Positions 29,661-38,505 of a stretch of DNA of 64,000 nt are shown piece by piece. Position 1 is the first letter of the stretch; every line of letters starts with the position of its first letter. The notes under the pieces are model-generated. The model searched no databases. It was not told the DNA's origin and saw only the letters and a list, made by a program, of their open reading frames with translations. The stretch spans positions 2,427 to 66,426 of the forward strand of contig CALVIR010000004.1 in assembly GCA_944331915.1 (NCBI GenBank), given 5' to 3'. Made by a program: the position numbers and the translations under genes. Source of the DNA: an uncultured Bacilli bacterium (GTDB taxonomy: Bacteria > Bacillota_I > Bacilli_A > RF39 > UBA660).

Positions 29661-32162
29661 ATGGGAATATTTAGAAGATTTTTTGATCATGAATATAAAG
29701 AATTGAAAAAATTTAGTGAACAAGCTGATAAGATTATGGCTTTAGATGAAGAAATGCAAAAATTATCAGATGAAGAATTAAAAAATAAAACAACTGAGTT
29801 TAAAGATAGACTTGCTAAAGGAGAAACTTTAGAAGATATTTTAGTAGAAGCTTTTGCTGTTGCTAGAGAAGCAGCTTATAGAGTTATTGGCGAAAAGCCT
29901 TTTTATGTCCAAATACTAGGTGCTCTAGCTATCCACTATGGAAATATTGCTGAGATGAAAACTGGTGAAGGTAAAACTCTAACCAGTGTCTTACCAGCAT
30001 ATTTAAATGCTTTAGAAGGAAAAGGTGTTCATATTATCACTGTTAATGAATACTTAGCAAGTCGTGATGCCGAATGGATGGGAGGAATTCACCGTTTCCT
30101 TGGTTTAACTGTTGGTGTTAATACTCGTGAAATGAGTCCTAAAGAAAAACAAGAAGCTTATAATTGTGATATCTTATATTCTACAAATAATGAAATTGGT
30201 TTTGACTATCTAAGAGATAATATGGTTATAAGAAAAGAAAATCGTGTTCAACGACCTTTAAATTTTGCTATTGTTGATGAGGTTGACTCTGTTTTAATTG
30301 ATGAAGCACGTACCCCTTTAATAATTTCTGGTGGTGTTATGCATAATGCCAACCTTTATGTCGATGCTGATAAATTTGCTAAAAGTCTTAAAGAAGATGA
30401 AGACTATATATGTGATCAAACTAATAAAAGTACTATTAGTGTTAGTTTAACAGATGAAGGTAGTAGAAAAGCTGAAAAAACCTTTAAAGTTAGCAATCTA
30501 TACGAAATAGAGAATACTACCTTACTTCACTACATTAATCAAGCTTTAAGAGCGAACTATGCGATGAAACTAGATGTTGACTATGTTGTTCAAGATGGTG
30601 AGGTTATCATTGTTGACCAATTTACTGGTCGTCTTATGAAAGGTCGTGCTTATAGCGATGGGCTACATCAAGCGATAGAAGCTAAAGAAGGTGTTAAGAT
30701 TAATCAAGAAACTAAGACTTTAGCTACTATAACCTTCCAAAACTTATTTAGAATGTATAAAAAACTATCAGGAATGACTGGTACTGCTAAAACAGAAGAA
30801 GAGGAATTCCGTGATATTTATAATATGTATGTAATTGAAATACCTACTAATAAACCTGTAATCAGAATAGATGCTCCAGATTTGGTTTTTGCTACTAGAA
30901 GTGCCAAATATAAAGCGATTATTGAAGAGGTAAAAGCTCGTTATGAAAAAGGTCAACCTGTATTAATTGGTACTATTGCTATTGAAACAAGTGAATTAAT
31001 CAGTGACTTATTAAAAAAAGCCCATATTCCTCATGATGTTTTAAATGCTAAAAACCATGCCCGTGAAGCAGAAATAATTTCCAAAATAGGTGAACATCGT
31101 TCTGTTACTATCGCAACCAATATGGCTGGACGTGGTACTGATATTAAATTATCCGATGAAATAAAAGCTTTAGGAGGACTTTGTGTTATTGGTACAGAAC
31201 GTCATGAATCACGTCGTATTGATAATCAGTTAAGAGGACGTTCTGGTCGTCAAGGAGACCCAGGTTTTACCCAATTCTTCGTTTCAATGGAAGATGATCT
31301 AATGATTCGTTTTGGTAGCGAAAGAATTAGAGAAATGATGAAATCATTAGGTTTTGGAAATCAAGCGATTCAAAGCAAAACCTTTACCAAGGCTATCTCC
31401 ACTGCTCAAAAAAGAGTTGAAGGCAATAACTATGATACAAGAAAACACTTACTAGAATATGATGATGTTATGAATACTCAAAGAGAAATAATGTATGGTA
31501 AGCGCAATGAAATTTTAGACAGTGAATCTATCCATGAAACGGTTTTAAATACTATTAAAAATCATATAACAGACTTAGTTAAATCTAGAAATACTGATGG
31601 TGTTATAACTGAGGAAGAATTAGAAAAGATAACTGAATTTACTAATGAAAATTTATTAAAAAATGATATCAGTAAAGTAGAATTAGAAAATAGAGATATA
31701 GATGATATTATTGAATACATTTATAATAAAGCTAAAGAAGAATATGAAGCTAAACTTGCTAGTGTGCCAGAAGAGGTAAGTAATGAGTTTGAGAAAGCTC
31801 TATCTCTTCAAGTAATTGATAACTATTGGATGGAACAAATTAATGTTATGTCTCATTTAAGAGAAGGAATATATTTAAGACAATATGGTCAAGAAAATCC
31901 TCTTCGTGCTTATACTACAGAAGGATATGATTTATTTGATCAAATGCTTCAAAAAATAGATCGTGATATAACAGTCTTCTTACTAAAAGCTGAAATAAGA
32001 CAAAATATTGAAAGAAAGCAAGTTAGTAAAAATCAACAAACAAATGAAGCTAAAGGAGATACAAAGAAAACACCTAAGAGAGTTAAAAAAGTAGGTAGAA
32101 ATGATCCTTGTCCTTGTGGTTCGGGCAAAAAGTATAAGAATTGTTGTGGTCGTAATGCGTAA
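29661..32162 (+). CDS. secA: Preprotein translocase ATPase SecA
   Basis: MKTGEGKTL Walker A, DEVDSVLIDEARTPLIISG, TNMAGRGTDI, and C-terminal zinc finger CPCGSGKKYKNCCG. ATG 29661 follows AAGGAG. Confidence 0.97.
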   Translation: MGIFRRFFDHEYKELKKFSEQADKIMALDEEMQKLSDEELKNKTTEFKDRLAKGETLEDILVEAFAVAREAAYRVIGEKPFYVQILGALAIHYGNIAEMKTGEGKTLTSVLPAYLNALEGKGVHIITVNEYLASRDAEWMGGIHRFLGLTVGVNTREMSPKEKQEAYNCDILYSTNNEIGFDYLRDNMVIRKENRVQRPLNFAIVDEVDSVLIDEARTPLIISGGVMHNANLYVDADKFAKSLKEDEDYICDQTNKSTISVSLTDEGSRKAEKTFKVSNLYEIENTTLLHYINQALRANYAMKLDVDYVVQDGEVIIVDQFTGRLMKGRAYSDGLHQAIEAKEGVKINQETKTLATITFQNLFRMYKKLSGMTGTAKTEEEEFRDIYNMYVIEIPTNKPVIRIDAPDLVFATRSAKYKAIIEEVKARYEKGQPVLIGTIAIETSELISDLLKKAHIPHDVLNAKNHAREAEIISKIGEHRSVTIATNMAGRGTDIKLSDEIKALGGLCVIGTERHESRRIDNQLRGRSGRQGDPGFTQFFVSMEDDLMIRFGSERIREMMKSLGFGNQAIQSKTFTKAISTAQKRVEGNNYDTRKHLLEYDDVMNTQREIMYGKRNEILDSESIHETVLNTIKNHITDLVKSRNTDGVITEEELEKITEFTNENLLKNDISKVELENRDIDDIIEYIYNKAKEEYEAKLASVPEEVSNEFEKALSLQVIDNYWMEQINVMSHLREGIYLRQYGQENPLRAYTTEGYDLFDQMLQKIDRDITVFLLKAEIRQNIERKQVSKNQQTNEAKGDTKKTPKRVKKVGRNDPCPCGSGKKYKNCCGRNA

Positions 32163-32180
32163 GACCTTATAAAATAAGAG

Positions 32181-32212
32181 AATGTTTGCATAAAAATATG
32201 TAAACATTTTTT
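32181..32212 (+). terminator. Terminator after secA
   Basis: AATGTTTGCAT(n6)ATGTAAACATT (one G-U pair), then TTTT. Confidence 0.75.
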
Positions 32213-32433
32213 AATATTTAAAATATATTACCTTTATGTTACATTCAACTAACAATCATGGCATAATGTATGTTGAAAGGAACTGAAAGCTATGAGTAAA
32301 AATAGAAAAATTTAATAGTTATAAACTTATAAAATTATGTAAAAGACATTAAACTATCCCAGTATATTGAAATTCAAAATATGTTTCTTGCTTTTCCACT
32401 TTTTAAAATCTATAATGATAATAGGTGATAAGA

Positions 32434-33834
32434 ATGCAAGAGATTGATTTAATAGGTACTAATAAAAATCTAGTTTATCTTTCGAATTTAAAAGATGAGA
32501 GGTTGAAGAATATTTCTATGATTACGTGTGAAGAACTTTATAATCCTCATATCGTTTCTGATACTAGCAATCCTTATTCTTCAAACGAAAGACCATTTAT
32601 TCTTCAAGATGATATTTTTTCAGGCAAAATATTATATATTAACCAAGATTATTATCAAAATCATAAAGAAAATATGGATTTAGAACTTTCAAGTCTTTTA
32701 GCATCTTTAAAAGAAAAACAAATTATCATTGGTAAAGATTTTATTAATGAAAAAATAGCTCAAGGAATAGCCCAAAATCCTAACATTACTAAAGTAGATT
32801 TGCAAAAGTATTCTTTGGAAAAAAATATCTTTGATATTCTAGCTGAAAGTGAAAGTATTGAAGAAATAATAACACCTGGAGTAGAAAAAGAACTTGCTAA
32901 CAGTTTTGATTCAAGAATTGCATTTCGCATGAATCAAAGAGTAGGAGTGGGATTAAACACTTTAAAAAGATTATTAACTGAAGATTATATACATGTTGAT
33001 AGTTGTGATTTAAAGGAAATTCTTGAGGTAGTAAAGAATAGAAAAAATAACTTACCAGAACATATTGATATAGAGGTTACAGATTATTCTTCTTTAGAAT
33101 ACTTTATGGAAAATATTGATTCTTTGTATGAAGGTATTACTTTTAAGGATAAATCATTTCCTGAATTTTTCTCTCCTAAACCAGCTAGTATTTCTTTTCG
33201 CTTGAATCCCCTTAATATCAATCTTTCTGTTTTAAAACATATAGAAGCCATGGAAAATAATAATATTCGCCAGGATATTATTTTGGATTCAGAGACATTA
33301 TCTCTTAGCGAAGCTATTCAAACAGAAGAAAAAATAAGGTCTTTATTGGAACCAGTTATGATGATTAAAAACCAACTTTCTCCTTTTGAGTTATATACTA
33401 AATTATATGAAATTGTGAAAGATTTTAAAGAATATAGAATGGAAGAAGAGACCATGTATTATGGAGAATCACGTTCTGTGTCTGAAATTCTATTTAATGA
33501 TTATATTGTTTGTGCAGGATATGTTAATTTATTACAAACATTTTGTAAACGTTTTGGTTTAACCACTGGATATATGCCTGTTTCTGTTATGCATGATGAA
33601 CAAGAAAACCCCACTATAACTAATCATGTGAGATTATTCGTTCATTTAAACGATGAAAAATATGACATAGATGGTGTTTATATTAGTGATCCGACTTGGG
33701 ATTCTATGGGTGAAACTAAATATAATCATTTATTGATGACTTTTGAAGAAATTGATCGTGAAAGAGATTCAAAAGGAATTTTTGATATAACTTTCAATCC
33801 TTATGATTTTCTAAAAGTAAAAACCAAAGAATAA
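32434..33834 (+). CDS. Hypothetical protein with C-terminal transglutaminase-like (papain-fold) core
   Basis: Ordered candidate Cys-His-Asp motifs: IVCAGYVNLLQTFCKRFG ... TNHVRLFVHL ... YISDPTWD. RBS AGGTGA before ATG 32434. It ends at a TAA that is in frame with the next ORF. Confidence 0.6.
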   Translation: MQEIDLIGTNKNLVYLSNLKDERLKNISMITCEELYNPHIVSDTSNPYSSNERPFILQDDIFSGKILYINQDYYQNHKENMDLELSSLLASLKEKQIIIGKDFINEKIAQGIAQNPNITKVDLQKYSLEKNIFDILAESESIEEIITPGVEKELANSFDSRIAFRMNQRVGVGLNTLKRLLTEDYIHVDSCDLKEILEVVKNRKNNLPEHIDIEVTDYSSLEYFMENIDSLYEGITFKDKSFPEFFSPKPASISFRLNPLNINLSVLKHIEAMENNNIRQDIILDSETLSLSEAIQTEEKIRSLLEPVMMIKNQLSPFELYTKLYEIVKDFKEYRMEEETMYYGESRSVSEILFNDYIVCAGYVNLLQTFCKRFGLTTGYMPVSVMHDEQENPTITNHVRLFVHLNDEKYDIDGVYISDPTWDSMGETKYNHLLMTFEEIDRERDSKGIFDITFNPYDFLKVKTKE

Positions 33835-33843
33835 TTAGATGAA

Positions 33844-34266
33844 ATGCTAAAAAATCCAACTCTTGAAGCAATATTTCGAAAATTACCTTCCGCTTTACGT
33901 ACAATTGATAATGGTAGCTTTATCAAATCTTGTGGATATGATTATGATTTAACAAGCGAAAAAACAAAAGAAAGATTAAAAGAATATTGTGTCTCATTCC
34001 AACAAGAACCTATTAGCGGTGATAAAATTCTTGCTGCTCTTGTTCATATATATCAGTTAGAATATAAAGATGCTACTGAAGAAGAAATGATTGAACATTT
34101 TCAAAAGATTAGAACTGGACTAAAAAAAAGAGAAGATCTTTACTATCCAACAATTGAAACTGTCTCTGATAGAGAAAAAACTTTTGATTTTGTTGAAAAT
34201 AAATATGATGATATAAATGTTGAAGAAATTGTCAAAGAGGAAATTAAGAGTCGAAATGTGAGATAA
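33844..34266 (+). CDS. Hypothetical 140-aa ORF, in frame with the preceding gene; possibly its severed C-terminus
   Basis: Same reading frame as 32434..33834, separated by one TAA plus three sense codons. No SD before ATG 33844. Confidence 0.4.
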   Translation: MLKNPTLEAIFRKLPSALRTIDNGSFIKSCGYDYDLTSEKTKERLKEYCVSFQQEPISGDKILAALVHIYQLEYKDATEEEMIEHFQKIRTGLKKREDLYYPTIETVSDREKTFDFVENKYDDINVEEIVKEEIKSRNVR

Positions 34267-34357
34267 AGTAAGAGTCGTAAAATGATTTTTAAAGTCATCT
34301 ATAGACCTTACTTGTTAAGATAAATGTTATAGGAAATTTAAAAATAGGAGGTACATA

Positions 34358-34658
34358 ATGAATTTAAAACAAATTCAAAAAAGAAGTTTGGCAAAATAAA
34401 TTAAATAAAGGATTTAATACTACAAATGTAGAAAAAGAGTTTTGCTTTTTATATGGAGAAGTAGCAGAAGCCTTTGATGCTTACAGAAAGAAAAAAGATG
34501 ATTTAAATGAAGAATTAGCAGATATTGCAATTTATTTACTTGGTCTATCTGAAATGTTGGGATTTGATTTAGAAGATGAGATTATGAAGAAAGTTTCTAA
34601 GAATGAGAAACGAGTATATAAAAATATTGATGGTACAAACATTAGAGTAAGTGACTAA
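34358..34658 (+). pseudogene. MazG-like nucleoside triphosphate pyrophosphohydrolase, frameshifted in an A6 run
   Basis: ATG 34358 (RBS AGGAGG) reads MNLKQIQKRSLAK*. Shifting +1 at the A6 run (34377-34382) gives ...EVWQNKLNKGFNTTNVEKEFCFLYGEVAEAFDAYRKKKDDLNEELADIAIYLLGLSEMLGFDLEDEIMKKV..., a typical small MazG fold (EE..E / ELADI motifs), ending at TAA 34656-34658. Confidence 0.7.
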
Positions 34659-34673
34659 AATTTATATATATAA

Positions 34674-34705
34674 AAGGACTGTAGTGACAAAGCAACACAG
34701 TCCTT
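34674..34705 (+). terminator. Hairpin after the MazG-like pseudogene
   Basis: 9-bp perfect stem AAGGACTGT/ACAGTCCTT. The T tail is weak. Confidence 0.5.
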
Positions 34706-34804
34706 AATCTATTTATATGAGGATCTTCACACTTAACAGTGAACCTTCCTCACTAATAATATATGTAAAATAAAAAAATATATGCAGATAAAATAAAAAA
34801 GATT

Positions 34805-34833
34805 TTGTTATAAAAACCATTATCTTGTATAAT
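34805..34833 (+). promoter_or_regulatory. Sigma-A type promoter for prfB (TTGTTA-17-TATAAT)
   Basis: Perfect -10 box, 17-nt spacer, 23 nt upstream of the prfB ATG. Confidence 0.6.
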
Positions 34834-34856
34834 AATATAAAAGAGAGTTGATAAAT

Positions 34857-35976
34857 ATGAATAAAAATGAACTAATAAGAAAATTAACAAGTCAAAAAGA
34901 AGAAATATTAAGTCTATGGAGGTCACTTTGACATTGATAACAAAATAAAAAAAGAAAAAGAATTAGAACAAGAAACTACCAAAGCTGACTTTTGGACTAA
35001 TAACATTAATGCTGAAGAAATTTTTTCTGAACTTAAAAACATTAAAAGCCAAACAGAGAGTTTAATTACCATTAAAGATAAGGTTTTTAATCTTCTAGAC
35101 TTATTAGAGATACTTGATGAAACAAAAGATAGTGACTTACTAGAAACTATAGAAGAAGATAGCAAGAATATAGAAGAAAACTTAGAAGAACTAAATATTT
35201 ATCTTCTTTTAAATGGTAAATACGATCAAAATAATTGTATTATAGAAATTCACCCTGGAGCCGGAGGAACTGAAAGTTGTGACTGGGCCAATATGCTTTA
35301 CAGAATGTATACACGATACTGTGAAAGAAAAAACTATAAGCTAGAACTCTTAGATTACCAAGCTGGTGATGTTGCAGGTTTAAAAAGTGTTAGCTTTAAA
35401 GTCAAAGGAGATTATGCTTATGGTTATTTAAAAAATGAAAAAGGTGTTCATCGTCTTGTTAGACTTTCTCCATTTGATTCTTCTAATCGTCGTCATACCT
35501 CTTTTGCAAGTGTTGATGTTACTCCAGAGATAAATGATGCGATTAATATTGATATAAATGAAAAAGATTTAAGAATTGATGTCTATCGGTCGCAAGGAGC
35601 AGGTGGTCAAGGCGTAAACACTACAGATAGTGCTGTCAGAATTACCCATTTACCTACTAAAATTGTTGTAACTTGTCAAAATGAGCGTAGTCAAATTCAA
35701 AATAAAGAACAAGCCTTAAAAGTATTAAAAAGTAAGTTATATGTATTAGAAGAACAAAAAAAGGAACAAGAACTAGCTAAAGAAAAAGGAGAACAAACGA
35801 ATATTGATTTTGGTTCCCAAATTAGAAGTTATATTCTTCATCCTTATTCCTTAGTTAAAGATCATCGTACGAATTATGAAAGTAGTAATGTTAAAGCCGT
35901 TTTAGATGGAGAGTTAGATAAATTTATTGAAGCAAGTTTAAAAGGAGGCTTACATGAAACCACTAAAGAAAGTTAA
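34857..35976 (+). CDS. prfB: Peptide chain release factor 2, needs programmed +1 frameshift (join 34857..34928, 34930..35976)
   Basis: Frame 0 reads MNKNELIRKLTSQKEEILSLWRSL then TGA. The GGAGG tca CTT TGA C slippery site is classic. The +1 frame continues DIDNKIKKE... into the track ORF, with SPF (RLSPFDS) and GGQ motifs. Confidence 0.95.
34918..34932 (+). promoter_or_regulatory. prfB programmed +1 frameshift site (GGAGG tca CTT TGA C)
   Basis: An internal SD-like GGAGG lies 3 nt before the CTT slippery codon, which is followed by an in-frame TGA and then C. Confidence 0.9.
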
Positions 35977-36826
35977 TAAAAAAGAAAAAACCAAAAGCAA
36001 ACTAAAAGTAAAAGAAATAATTGAATTTACTATTGGTTGTCTTTTTGTTGCTCTAGCTTTCAACCTCTTTATGTCTCCTAATAATTTAGTCGCAGGAGGA
36101 GTTAGCGGTTTTTCTTTAATTATTAAACATTTCTTTGGTATTGATTCTTCAACAATAATCTTTATCAGTAATATCTTTTTAATTATCCTATCCTATTTTG
36201 TATTAGGAAAACAAGTTACCAAAGCTAATATTCTAGGTTCAATTCTTTTCCCTGTCTTTGTAGAACTAACTGAGCATTTATCAACCTATATAAGTTTTCA
36301 ACAAAGTGAAATGCTCTTAGTAGCTATCTTTGGTGGTCTTTTACAAGGCATTGGTGCTGGTTTAATCTTCCGGGTTGGTTATTCCACTGGAGGTACAGAC
36401 ATTTTAAATATGATAATCTCGAAAATATTTAAAATAAGTTTAGGCCGCAGTATGCTTTTTACGGATGGCTTAATAATTCTAGGTGGTAGTGTAGTCTTTG
36501 GTTTTAATCGCCTAATGTACTCCTTAATAGTATTATACTTGATTTCCTATATGACTGATAAAGTTGTCCTTGGTATCTCTGACTCTAAAGCATTTTATAT
36601 TATCACTGCTGAAGAGGAAAAAGTTAAAGATTTTATTATCAAGGAATTAAATCACGGCGTTACAGTCTTTAATGCCAAAGGTGGTTATAACTTAGATAAT
36701 CAAACAGTATTAATGAGTGTTATTCCTACAAGAGAATACTATAAATTAAAAGAAGGAATCCATAAAATTGATCCTAAAGCCTTCTTTATGGTTATGGATT
36801 CTTATGAAGTAAAAGGTGGTAAATGA
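35954..36826 (+). CDS. YitT family membrane protein (DUF2179 C-terminal domain), copy 1
   Basis: 5 TM helices plus C-terminal DUF2179-like domain (VTVFNAKGGY..., MVMDSYEVKGG). Confidence 0.85.
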   Translation: MKPLKKVNKKEKTKSKLKVKEIIEFTIGCLFVALAFNLFMSPNNLVAGGVSGFSLIIKHFFGIDSSTIIFISNIFLIILSYFVLGKQVTKANILGSILFPVFVELTEHLSTYISFQQSEMLLVAIFGGLLQGIGAGLIFRVGYSTGGTDILNMIISKIFKISLGRSMLFTDGLIILGGSVVFGFNRLMYSLIVLYLISYMTDKVVLGISDSKAFYIITAEEEKVKDFIIKELNHGVTVFNAKGGYNLDNQTVLMSVIPTREYYKLKEGIHKIDPKAFFMVMDSYEVKGGK

Positions 36827-36827
36827 T

Positions 36828-37661
36828 ATGCAAGAAAAAATGTGGTACCGATATAGTGTTTTATTAGTAAGTTTGTTTTTGTCAGCGTTAGTTTTTAATC
36901 TCTTTTTATATCCTACATCCTTAGTAACAGGAGGTATGAACGGTGTTGCTATAATTATTAACCATATAATAGAAATAGATCCTGCTCTCATAATTTTTAT
37001 AGGTTCACTCCTTCTTCTAGGTTTAAGTTATCTATTTTTAGGTTTAGATCAAACTGCTGGTTCTGTTGTTGCTACGATTGTCTATCCAATTTTTGTTGAA
37101 CTGACAGAACCAATTGCCAAACTAATAGTTATAGACACCTCAGATTTAATCTTAATGAGTATTCTAATAGGTATTTTATTAGGAATAACCAACGGCCTAA
37201 TGTATAAAGTTGGTTTTAGTAATGGTGGTCTCAATGTTATTAGCCAAATTCTTTATAAGTATTTTCGTATATCCCTAAGTAAAACAACCATGGTTATTAA
37301 TTTTATTGTTGTCTTAATTGGTGGCTTTTACTTTGGCTTTAATATGGTTCTCTATGCCTTAGTTATAATTTATATTAGTGGGTTTGTAATAGATAAAGTT
37401 ATTTTAGGCATATCTAATAATAAAGCCTTCTATATTACTACCACCAAAGATGAAGAAGTTAAAGACTATTTAATAAATACTCTTCATCATACCGTTACCA
37501 TTTTTGATGTTAAAGGGGGCTTTCTTGAAAAGAAACGTAAAGTCTTACTAGCAGTTATTCCCACTCGAGATTATTTCCGTTTAAAAGAAGGAATAAAAGA
37601 AATTGACCCTAAAGCCTTTTTTGTCGCTACTGATGCCTATGAGGTAAAAGGTGGAAAATAA
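36828..37661 (+). CDS. YitT family membrane protein (DUF2179 C-terminal domain), copy 2
   Basis: Paralog of the upstream gene, aligning along its full length by eye (GG.SG...I......, GYS.GGT/L, VTIFDVKGGF, ATDAYEVKGG). Confidence 0.85.
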   Translation: MQEKMWYRYSVLLVSLFLSALVFNLFLYPTSLVTGGMNGVAIIINHIIEIDPALIIFIGSLLLLGLSYLFLGLDQTAGSVVATIVYPIFVELTEPIAKLIVIDTSDLILMSILIGILLGITNGLMYKVGFSNGGLNVISQILYKYFRISLSKTTMVINFIVVLIGGFYFGFNMVLYALVIIYISGFVIDKVILGISNNKAFYITTTKDEEVKDYLINTLHHTVTIFDVKGGFLEKKRKVLLAVIPTRDYFRLKEGIKEIDPKAFFVATDAYEVKGGK

Positions 37662-37679
37662 AAAAGCAATATTTATAAG

Positions 37680-37708
37680 AGTGAATTGCCCAAACGGTTC
37701 ACTTTTTT
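37680..37708 (+). terminator. Terminator after the second YitT gene
   Basis: AGTGAA(n12)TTCACT followed by TTTTTT. Confidence 0.65.
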
Positions 37709-37788
37709 ATTTTCTATCCTTAATTTTCCCAAATTTTAACTATATACAGATCTTGTCGAAATATGTTATACTATAATGGATTAAGATT

Positions 37789-38505
37789 GTGAAAGTGATG
37801 GTGATGATAAAACCAATGGATTTAATTAGAGTTAGAAATGTTAACAAGCAATATAAAAATGGTGTTACTGCTATTTATGATTTGAGTTTAAATATAAAAA
37901 AAGGTTCTTTTGTTTTTGTAATTGGAGGTTCTGGTTCAGGAAAAAGTACCTTTATAAAAATGCTTTATCGTGAAGAAAAACCAACCAGTGGTGAAATTAT
38001 CGTTGGTGGTATTAATGTTGCTAAACTTCGTAACGCTAAAGTATATAAATTAAGAAGAAAACTAGGTATTGTCTTCCAAGATTACCGTTTATTACCAAAA
38101 CAAACTGTTTATGAAAATGTTGCTTTTGCCATGGAGGTACTTGGTTCTCCAAAACAAGAGACAAGGCGTAAAGTTTTAAAAGCCTTAGAATTAGTAGGCC
38201 TTAAAGGTAAAATCCATAACTATCCAGATCAACTATCAGGAGGAGAACAACAACGTGTTGCCATTGCTAGAGCTATCGTTAATGAACCAAAGATTCTTCT
38301 TTGTGACGAACCAACAGGAAATCTAGATCCTGAACGTAGTATCGAAATTGTTAAGGTTCTAGATGAAATCAATAAAACCTGTGGTACTACTATTATAATG
38401 GCAACCCATGATAAAGATATAGTTAATACTATGCAAAAAGAAATTATTTTACTAAAAGATGGTCGCCTTATTAAACATGCTGAAAAAGGAGGCTATGAAG
38501 AATGA
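37789..38505 (+). CDS. ftsE: Cell-division ABC transporter ATPase FtsE
   Basis: Walker A GGSGSGKST, signature LSGGEQQRV, Walker B LLCDEPT. The start is ambiguous: GTG 37789, or ATG at 37798, 37804 or 37816. Confidence 0.93.
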   Translation: MKVMVMIKPMDLIRVRNVNKQYKNGVTAIYDLSLNIKKGSFVFVIGGSGSGKSTFIKMLYREEKPTSGEIIVGGINVAKLRNAKVYKLRRKLGIVFQDYRLLPKQTVYENVAFAMEVLGSPKQETRRKVLKALELVGLKGKIHNYPDQLSGGEQQRVAIARAIVNEPKILLCDEPTGNLDPERSIEIVKVLDEINKTCGTTIIMATHDKDIVNTMQKEIILLKDGRLIKHAEKGGYEE

